Origin: a virus
Taxonomy: Duplodnaviria > Caudoviricetes
DNA: 64,000 nucleotides
Reading direction: 5' to 3' (one strand)
Virus record (IMG/VR): IMGVR_UViG_2831870349_000001
Of this stretch, positions 57,106 to 64,000 are shown piece after piece. The notes beneath the pieces were generated by a model, which was not told where the DNA came from, ran no database searches, and was given only the letters and a program-made list of their open reading frames with translations. The position numbers were made by a program, and so were the translations under genes. How positions within the stretch are numbered: position 1 is the first letter of the stretch; the number at the start of each line of letters is the position of its first letter.

Positions 57106-58146
57106 TCAGCTTAACTCTGACACCATACGCGCCTTCTTCAGCTTTGAGCGGTATGGCTTGTCGATCACGTGATACACCAATAAAGTCATAATGACGGCTC
57201 CCAGCACGAGCAACCAAGACGGTGCCGTTCTGCCAGAGCAAGCAAGCAGAAGCATGGTCGGGAAATGGACCAAGTAGAGCGGGTAACTGAGGTCTCCCAG
57301 GTAGCCCGAGATCTTATTTAACCAAGCTGGCAACGTTTTCACCATCATGATCACTACGACTGCGAGCGTATACATATATCCTGAATACACACATACTCCA
57401 AGGTCATAGTGCGAGATTAGAAAGCCGCCGGATACTAACGCCAATATCCATACCCAGGATTCGGATTGGTGGCGATAGATCAAAAACCCGATCAGCCACG
57501 ACCAGAGAAGCATGATCGCTCCAAGCCCATACTTCGAACTGTTTGGTTCAGGCAAATGAAACGCGGCGGGAATCAGATATAACAACGCCGACACTGCCCA
57601 GAGAATGAGCAGGTTTCGTGTCGATGTCCGAGTGAACAGCGGCGCAAACAAGTAAAATAGGCATTCTATACTGAGACTCCATGTGACCTGATTTGTTTGC
57701 AGGTGATCAGTGAGAGTGCCTTGAAGCATGAAAAAGTTTGCGACCACGGTCCATACTGAAGCAGGCGCTTCAAAGAGGCCAACCGCTGAAACTGGCGCCG
57801 GTCCATAAATCGCCCATCCAAGGCAGGCCAATACAATCGACGCAAGGTACACAGGGAAAACACGCTCAATTCTCCTCAGGTAAAAGCCTTTGGGTTGCGT
57901 AGCGGCTGAATGAGCGATCGAGTAACCTGAAATCAACATGAATACCAGAACGGCAGCGTACCCTGGTAAAAATTTGCTGATTTTTACCGCGATATCCGTT
58001 GATGCGCAAAAAAACGGAACATGGTAGAACACGACCATGACCGCTAAATAAAACCTCATGATGGCCAGGACGGACCAGCTGACGCGAGATATCTCACGCT
58101 TTTCAGGATTTACCTGCTCCTCAATCCCTCTGCTCAATGTTTGCAA
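57106..58146 (-). CDS. Acyltransferase-3 (OafA-like) surface polysaccharide O-acyltransferase
   Basis: R..LA..VV.YH, F..ISG, RRIER..P.Y, WSLSIE, GD.SY.LYL.H; low GC; opposite strand. Confidence 0.92.
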   Translation of the reverse strand: MQTLSRGIEEQVNPEKREISRVSWSVLAIMRFYLAVMVVFYHVPFFCASTDIAVKISKFLPGYAAVLVFMLISGYSIAHSAATQPKGFYLRRIERVFPVYLASIVLACLGWAIYGPAPVSAVGLFEAPASVWTVVANFFMLQGTLTDHLQTNQVTWSLSIECLFYLFAPLFTRTSTRNLLILWAVSALLYLIPAAFHLPEPNSSKYGLGAIMLLWSWLIGFLIYRHQSESWVWILALVSGGFLISHYDLGVCVYSGYMYTLAVVVIMMVKTLPAWLNKISGYLGDLSYPLYLVHFPTMLLLACSGRTAPSWLLVLGAVIMTLLVYHVIDKPYRSKLKKARMVSELS

Positions 58147-58243
58147 AATTCGAGTTCCTTTTCGTTGTTATTATAACAGACAATGATCTCGGCAAAAGGT
58201 TGCCGCCTCACAGATATTCAAAAGAAATTAAACAAGGTTAAGT

Positions 58244-58642
58244 ATGAGCACAACAACACTAACGAGGACAGCAGGCGCTTCCGGCAACGCGCTTGCCCCT
58301 CAGGCGCTGGCGAACTCAGCTTCTGTTTCCTTTAACGTCAATCTCTCCGGGGACTACGGCGGCGACCTGTGCGTACAGTTCACAACAGCCAGCGCTGCGC
58401 AATCAGCAGGAGGCATCCAGATCGATGTCCGGCGTCAGTACGGATCGGCCCCCATTACTGCGACGGTGAAGAGGCCGTCCATGCAAGTCTTGACAGCAGG
58501 AGTCGTCAGTACAACGTTTGCTGATGGATTGACGCTTTCGCCTGGTGTTTATCAAATTACACTAACCAATCTGGACACGGCAAACGGTCTGACGGCTGTC
58601 TCAGCGACATTGGACACTTACACCAACCAAACGACGGTTTAG
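58244..58642 (+). CDS. Thr/Ala-rich structural protein
   Basis: AAGG RBS; composition. Confidence 0.6.
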   Translation: MSTTTLTRTAGASGNALAPQALANSASVSFNVNLSGDYGGDLCVQFTTASAAQSAGGIQIDVRRQYGSAPITATVKRPSMQVLTAGVVSTTFADGLTLSPGVYQITLTNLDTANGLTAVSATLDTYTNQTTV

Positions 58643-58712
58643 CGCTAGATCAGTATTTCAGAATGCTTCCTAACGGCGGTTGTCAAACTTCAACTACGGC
58701 GGTTGCTAAACT

Positions 58713-60392
58713 ATGGCCCTTGAAATCATTAGTCGTTTAGGGGCACAGAAACCTGCCTACCCAAACCCCGAGCTTGATCCAGTCAAGGTCAAAGACTATG
58801 GGATTGTTGGGGCATGGGGGTTTACGGAGGCGAGCGGCGTTCCCTCTGACGCTGTGTCCGGCAAAGTGGCGACCATGCACAACATGCTATGGAAGCCCAG
58901 TGCGAAGGGGTCCTGTCCGACCAATAACGGATCGGCATGGGTTGACACGAACCTTTCGAACTTGCCCACGGCGGCGGGGACGATTCTCTGGAGTGTCTAT
59001 CCGAACTTCGTTTATAACGACGGGAATACTCATACATTTTGGTCGTGGAGCACCTCCAATAACGAGTTAACCGCTCATAAATTCGGCGCATCCAGCATTA
59101 TTGATGTCGGATGGAATAGCAGCGCTGGCGGTGACGACCGAGTACATATTGCCGCCAGCAACGCTCTGATCACACCCAATCTTTGGCAGGACTATGCATT
59201 CACATGGTCCCCGGCGGGAAGTTTTTTTTATCGCAACGGTGTATTGATCGCTTCAACGACAACGCCGCCTGTTGCGGTTGCTCCCGCCTCCACATTCCAA
59301 ATCGGCGGACGCTATAATTTCCCTGCATCAGACCTTGGGACGAATAGTCAGACGGAATATCTGTACTACGCAAATCGCCCACTCTCCCAGGGCGAAATCT
59401 CGGCGATTGCTGCGGCGCCCTACTCGATATTCCTTCCTCATCCTGCCCTTCGCTATATCACCGCAATCCCGACACTCATGGTCTCGACGATCAATGTCTC
59501 GGACAGCGCGGTCGGCGACGATCAGGGGCGCGCCGGACTTCTCGCCGGCTTCTCCGACGCCGCCACCGCCTCCGATTCCGTAGCGGTCTTGATCGGCCGC
59601 GTCTCGATTGCCGCCGGCACAACGGGAACGGTCGCGAGCGCCGGCAGTTCATCCGCCGCGCCGCTCGCCGGATCCTGGCAGATCTTTCTTGGCTCCTCCA
59701 GCATCGCGGATTCGTTCGTCGCCAGTGGCTGGAACGTGTCGTATTCCGCAGGGACGTTCACAATCACGGTTCCGCCGGGCACGACGCCCTCAATTGGTCT
59801 GGCGAACTATTTCACCGCCTATTACCAGAGCGTTCCTGGCGCCGCGCCTCTCTACTGCTCCTTCGACACCACGCCCGATACTGGCGTCATCAAGTCGATG
59901 ACCGACAGCGCCGTCGGCGCGGACAGCGCGGCCGGCACGGGGCGCATCGTCACGGTCTCGGACAGCGCGGTTAGTTCGGATACCCAGGGTATGGCGGCCA
60001 CGATTGGAGTGACTGACGCCGGCGTTGGATCTGAGTCTCCGATAGGCCCGTCACAGGGGATCAACGTCGCGGATAGCGCCGTGAGCACAGATACTCAGGT
60101 TGTCGGTGGCTTCCTCGCTGAAGCGCATGAGATGGGGATCGGGTTTGAGACGACGGAGGTAAACGCCTCCGGCGCGGTGACCGACAACGCCTACGGGCAG
60201 TCGATCGGCGTCGCGATCTCGATCTCGTCCGCCAGCGCGAGTATCCCCGTCGCCGATGCGGGCGTCGGGACCGATACGATGGACTTCGCCGCAAGCCCCA
60301 TCATCGCCGTTACGGACACGGCCACCGGAACCGATACCGCGACTGTTCCCGCGCAGAGCGGCGGTAGCTTCGCTGAGGCGTTGCTGAATTAA
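58713..60392 (+). CDS. LamG/ConA-like jelly-roll protein with V.DSA...D repeats (putative receptor-binding/tail protein)
   Basis: W.F.E.SG...D, W....FTW, Y.NG, IGG, Y.R.LS..EI. Confidence 0.8.
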   Translation: MALEIISRLGAQKPAYPNPELDPVKVKDYGIVGAWGFTEASGVPSDAVSGKVATMHNMLWKPSAKGSCPTNNGSAWVDTNLSNLPTAAGTILWSVYPNFVYNDGNTHTFWSWSTSNNELTAHKFGASSIIDVGWNSSAGGDDRVHIAASNALITPNLWQDYAFTWSPAGSFFYRNGVLIASTTTPPVAVAPASTFQIGGRYNFPASDLGTNSQTEYLYYANRPLSQGEISAIAAAPYSIFLPHPALRYITAIPTLMVSTINVSDSAVGDDQGRAGLLAGFSDAATASDSVAVLIGRVSIAAGTTGTVASAGSSSAAPLAGSWQIFLGSSSIADSFVASGWNVSYSAGTFTITVPPGTTPSIGLANYFTAYYQSVPGAAPLYCSFDTTPDTGVIKSMTDSAVGADSAAGTGRIVTVSDSAVSSDTQGMAATIGVTDAGVGSESPIGPSQGINVADSAVSTDTQVVGGFLAEAHEMGIGFETTEVNASGAVTDNAYGQSIGVAISISSASASIPVADAGVGTDTMDFAASPIIAVTDTATGTDTATVPAQSGGSFAEALLN

Positions 60393-60675
60393 GGCGGAGC
60401 TGCATTGCAACGAGACGGGCAGGATTCCCTTGAGCAATTCGAGCGTGGCGGCGCCGAGGGACGGGGAGTTCCCGCGCAGACAGATCAAGGTTAGGGTTTG
60501 AGGGAGATCGCTCTTGTGAAGGGGAACGGGATGCGTAGGGTCTACTGTTATGTAGGGAGGGACGGGAGCGATTGGATTGAATAGAGGAAAATTTACGTAT
60601 ACTCTAATGGGGGCTAGACAGGAAACCGAAAATCCAGTATGATGTAGCTCACTGCAAGCCAAGCGAGCGATATCA

Positions 60676-61026
60676 TTGGTTAACTTTGACCCTGGACTCC
60701 TTCAAGCACACTTTACAAAACACAAACAAGAATTTGGCGTTACAACCGCGACTGAATATGAAGCAAAAGCCGCAGCCTTTATCGAGCGTCAGTTACCTCC
60801 CCCTGCATCGGTTTGTCGGGCCTGTCCGAGCTGTTCTTGTCTAGCCTACGGAAGAATTCATGAGTGCTCGGTCGATGGAGATCGAGTTCGATTCGATACG
60901 ATGACAGAGGAGTTCGCGATCCTGGGGAGAAATGGCTTCATTCGGACCTATATGAAGCCAAATCCACGCTTTAATCGAGTGCCGAACCTTAAATATTACC
61001 ATGATCGCTGTAGACCACAAATTTGA
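60676..61026 (+). CDS. Stand-alone polymorphic-toxin-like RNase (BECR-type)
   Basis: HF.KH..EFG......Y...A..F ... F.I....G.IRTY.KP. Confidence 0.7.
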   Translation: MVNFDPGLLQAHFTKHKQEFGVTTATEYEAKAAAFIERQLPPPASVCRACPSCSCLAYGRIHECSVDGDRVRFDTMTEEFAILGRNGFIRTYMKPNPRFNRVPNLKYYHDRCRPQI

Positions 61027-61471
61027 ATGCCCGGTGTGTTATTATCACGGAATGTTAGAACCTCCTGTGAATGAGGCCATTTGTTTCTGCTGTGGGACCC
61101 AATTTGGGTTTGATGATTACGAGCAGACGCATGATGAGCTTCGCCACGCGTGGATCATGCGTGGGGCGCCATGGTTTGCCGAATGGGATGGTCCGCCACG
61201 GGGATGGAGCGCGCGTACGCAGCTTAAGCAAGCTTGCATCACGCTTACTCGCGAGGAGGAACGAGCCATTGCATTGCAATACCTGTCTTCTGAAGCCGTC
61301 GTGACGCCTCCGGGCTTCGTCATCTTTATTGAATTGAAGCCTGAGCCTTCAGCGTTATCCGCCATGCGGTCAAGTTTCGGAGCGGGAGCAATTCTCAGCG
61401 ATCGATTAGAAATCCACGGTTCAAAGGTTGGTAGAGATGCCCCGGCTTTTGCTATTTGCCGCCTGTCGTAA
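61001..61471 (+). CDS. Cys-rich CPCC-like putative immunity protein
   Basis: CPVC...IC.CCG..FG.DD...LR..W...G..W; overlaps the toxin gene. Confidence 0.7.
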   Translation: MIAVDHKFECPVCYYHGMLEPPVNEAICFCCGTQFGFDDYEQTHDELRHAWIMRGAPWFAEWDGPPRGWSARTQLKQACITLTREEERAIALQYLSSEAVVTPPGFVIFIELKPEPSALSAMRSSFGAGAILSDRLEIHGSKVGRDAPAFAICRLS

Positions 61472-61883
61472 GGCGATACGAGACGGTGACGATAACACCC
61501 TGACAGCCGTAGCTCTCTGGAGCTACATTGATGTTGGAATATTTGAGGGCACTGAAATCCTGGATACTGATGTAGTTCCTCAGGAATGGGCAATTATTTC
61601 TGCGTGGCGGACTATCCCAGAGGACGAGGGGAAGGACTACGAGCAGAAGATTGAACTGGTGGGACCTAAGGGTGATGTACTGCTTGAATTCGTCTCCCCA
61701 TTAGTGCTCACACTTAGATCTGCAAATACAATTTTACGATCTACGAATTTTCCTACTCCACAGGGGAATTACGAGCTAAAGCTGTATTTACGCACTTACT
61801 CGTCAGAATCTCCCGGAGAATGGCAGATCAAAGCGGATTACCCTATTGAGGTTACTCACGTTTCTGTTAAGCAGTCAGAATAA
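61428..61883 (+). CDS. DUF6941-like protein
   Basis: F..C..AIRD..., P.G, F...G.Y.L.L. Confidence 0.6.
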   Translation: MVEMPRLLLFAACRKAIRDGDDNTLTAVALWSYIDVGIFEGTEILDTDVVPQEWAIISAWRTIPEDEGKDYEQKIELVGPKGDVLLEFVSPLVLTLRSANTILRSTNFPTPQGNYELKLYLRTYSSESPGEWQIKADYPIEVTHVSVKQSE

Positions 61884-61894
61884 ACATCAGTGAC

Positions 61895-61930
61895 GCGGCC
61901 CCAGCAATACCAGCTGGGGCCGTTGTTTTT
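61895..61930 (+). terminator. Intrinsic terminator
   Basis: GCGGCCCCAGC..GCTGGGGCCGT followed by TGTTTTT. Confidence 0.7.
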
Positions 61931-61959
61931 AGAACTCACGAAGGACGACTGTTAGGAAT

Positions 61960-62403
61960 ATGCAAGCAAAAGTTTCCAACATTCGTACGAACATCTTGCT
62001 CCGAAACGCCGTGACATGGGGACTGGGCCTGGGACTCACCGTTTTGCTTTGCCTTACGGGAGCAGCGGCAGTGCGTCTCCATGCCTCCGCTCTATTATCG
62101 ACTTTCGTGATCTCGGCAATCGCGGTACTGACAATCGGCGGATCGCTGGCGTTTTTGACCTTTGTCTGCAACCACTCCTGTATTTCCGTGGAGGGCAGCA
62201 GCTCCACCGCAACCGCCGTCAGCGCGATGCTGGCCGCACTGACTCTTCTCACGCTATCGTTCGTGATGAGCCTGATTATGCCGGTCCTTGTCCTGTTCCT
62301 TCTGTCTTCGGCCCAGTCCGACCATCGGCAGGGTAAGACGCTACGCCAAAGCAAGGACAACTTCTTCGGTCATATCGTTCCGCAGCGTTTTAGCTTCGGT
62401 TAA
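61960..62403 (+). CDS. Possible multi-TM membrane protein
   Basis: Hydrophobic ORF with AGGA RBS; a competing minus-strand ORF exists. Confidence 0.35.
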   Translation: MQAKVSNIRTNILLRNAVTWGLGLGLTVLLCLTGAAAVRLHASALLSTFVISAIAVLTIGGSLAFLTFVCNHSCISVEGSSSTATAVSAMLAALTLLTLSFVMSLIMPVLVLFLLSSAQSDHRQGKTLRQSKDNFFGHIVPQRFSFG

Positions 62404-62477
62404 ACGATAGTGATCTTCGGGTAAGCTCCTGGGCTTAGCTCAGCGACAGAGTTCTCACATTTCGAATAATTCGGTTA

Positions 62478-62506
62478 GGGGCTTCACTTCGGTGAAGCCC
62501 TTTTTG
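62478..62506 (+). terminator. Intrinsic terminator
   Basis: GGGCTTCAC-TTCG-GTGAAGCCC-TTTTT. Confidence 0.75.
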
Positions 62507-62594
62507 TTGCCATCCACGATTGTCGTGAGATGGCTTTTTCTTTGAGTCATGCTCACGCCAATACGCGAACATGACTCATACCTGGGTGGTCATC

Positions 62595-62687
62595 ATGGAC
62601 TTCGTTGTAATGATCTTCGCCGTTGTTGGATTTTGCGTGATCGGGATCGCGTTGCGCGGCCAGCGAACCGAAATCAAAAACCGATAA
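62595..62687 (+). CDS. 30-aa single-TM peptide (type I toxin-like)
   Basis: MDFVVMIFAVVGFCVIGIALRGQRTEIKNR; own terminator at 62712-62740. Confidence 0.5.
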   Translation: MDFVVMIFAVVGFCVIGIALRGQRTEIKNR

Positions 62688-62760
62688 CACCGCTCTGGAT
62701 AATTCTTCCTCGGCCGCTCCGCTCCGGAGGCGGCTTTTTTCACGTCTGGAGTATTGCCCC

Positions 62761-64000
62761 ATGCGATCTTCCCCCATGCGATCACTTCGCTCCCTCTATG
62801 CTTTACTCCTGTTTCTGATCGCGCTCGGCGTGTCGTCCGTTGTGCTGGTCGTGGCGACGCCCAAGACCGCCGCCGCAGCGAATTACAGCGAGAATTTTGA
62901 TGGATTGACGGTCGGCAACCAGCCTGCGGGCTGGACCTTGAATACCAATGACAAGGTGGCGACCACGCACCCCGGCAGCTCGCCGAACTCGCTCTCCTTT
63001 GCCAGCGGCACGGCGACAGGGTGGTATGCGACATCGTACGGCGCGTGTACCTGGCACAGCACGGTTTACTACGCCGCCGCCAGCTCACAGACCTATATCA
63101 TCGTCCATTCCGACACAAACGGCAATGCGTACGAAATCACCATTGCTCCCTCGGCCGGCAAGATCGGCGTTCGAAAGATCACGGGACGCGCGGTGACGTC
63201 GGGTCGATATACGACGGTGGGAACGCTGACGACGCTCGGGACGGACGCGGGCTATTCAAATCTCTCGTCGTTAGGGATTTCTGCCGGAACCTCTCTGCCC
63301 ACCGGCAACTATTCCGTCGATGTGGATATCAGCGGCACAACCACGCAGATCATCAAGGCGAGGATCTACGCAAACTCGCCGACGCGCAACGACGCCATGA
63401 CCTGGGATACCACGGTCACCGACTCAAGCTCCGCCTACCAGAACGGTTTTTGCGGCATCGTGGAAACGGGATCGGGCGCCGGCCAGGTGGACGACGTCAA
63501 CATCCTTGACAATGCGCCTGTCCCTGGCTTTACGGTCGCGGCGACCTCCGGCACCGTCTACGCCAACGGCACGACGCAGTCGGTCACGGTCACGCCAAAC
63601 TCCGGTACGACGCTCTCCACCACGGCCTCTTTCACGATATCAGGCGGAACAGGCGCCTCAACGACGCCGATCAGCACGACCTACAATAGTGGCCCAGGCA
63701 CCTATACGCTGACCTACAACCCGGGGACGCTGCCCACCGGCGCGCAGACGTTCACGGACACGACGGACAGCTTCAGCGCGACCTTTACGCCGACCGCACC
63801 GTCGTTTACCCGAAGTCCGACCACGCTGGCGGCGAATAACAGCGCTCAAACTGTGACGATCGTCGGCACAGGAACCAACTTCAACACTGGCAGCACAACG
63901 CAGTTTACGATGACGGGCGGAACAGGCGCATCGATCGTTTCGCAATCGGCGTCGAGCACGACGGCCGCCACGCTCAGTATCAACCCGGGCACGGCCTCCG
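62761..64000 (+). CDS. Secreted Thr/Ser-rich beta-domain adhesin-like protein (truncated by the window end)
   Basis: Frame open to the end; signal peptide MRS..LLLFLIALG..AAA, then YSENFD lectin-like and Ig-like repeats; absent from the ORF track. Confidence 0.8.
   Translation, partial: MRSSPMRSLRSLYALLLFLIALGVSSVVLVVATPKTAAAANYSENFDGLTVGNQPAGWTLNTNDKVATTHPGSSPNSLSFASGTATGWYATSYGACTWHSTVYYAAASSQTYIIVHSDTNGNAYEITIAPSAGKIGVRKITGRAVTSGRYTTVGTLTTLGTDAGYSNLSSLGISAGTSLPTGNYSVDVDISGTTTQIIKARIYANSPTRNDAMTWDTTVTDSSSAYQNGFCGIVETGSGAGQVDDVNILDNAPVPGFTVAATSGTVYANGTTQSVTVTPNSGTTLSTTASFTISGGTGASTTPISTTYNSGPGTYTLTYNPGTLPTGAQTFTDTTDSFSATFTPTAPSFTRSPTTLAANNSAQTVTIVGTGTNFNTGSTTQFTMTGGTGASIVSQSASSTTAATLSINPGTAS

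Larger units (their letters stand above)
1..64000 (+). mobile_element. Temperate prophage (HK97-type head, non-contractile tail); ends outside the window
   Basis: Ordered immunity, replication, terminase, portal, protease, capsid, tail and tape measure modules. Confidence 0.95.

Noticed and set aside
44470-59250. Further palindrome copies (ATTGATCG half-matches at about 44472 and 59243)
   Set aside because: Only half-sites, expected by chance
52431-60392. Diversity-generating retroelement targeting tail fibres
   Set aside because: No reverse transcriptase and no adenine-variable TR/VR pair seen in the window
60450-60570. G-quadruplex in the G-rich intergenic tract
   Set aside because: GGG runs are present but loops are long and irregular; function cannot be supported from sequence alone

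Overview
The whole window is the interior of one temperate HK97-fold, long-tailed (siphovirus-like) prophage in a GC-rich host. No integrase, att site or lysis cassette is visible, so both ends lie outside the window. From left to right: an immunity switch (ImmA/IrrE peptidase, XRE repressor, Cro-like gene, operators), then an early region with a Sak/Rad52-like annealase and four tandem DNA-modification genes (N6-MTase-ParB fusion, C5-MTase, Dam-like MTase, Mom-like GNAT). Next come nucleases, a replication initiator with a DnaC-like loader, and a late promoter followed by structured RNA and two atypical tRNA-like genes. The terminase, portal, protease, capsid and tail genes follow, including a -1 frameshifted tail chaperone. 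Several morons are present: a methyltransferase-glycosyltransferase fusion, an inverted iteron-bearing island, an acyltransferase, a toxin/immunity cassette and a secreted adhesin. The signals the gene list does not explain are (1) five dispersed copies of a 20-bp AT-rich palindrome, ATTATTSATCGATCAATAAT, a candidate parS-like loading site for the MTase-ParB fusion, (2) a repeated, covarying kissing-loop RNA motif that covers the ribosome-binding site of accessory genes, and (3) non-canonical tRNAs. All family assignments come from motif recognition by eye, not from database searches.
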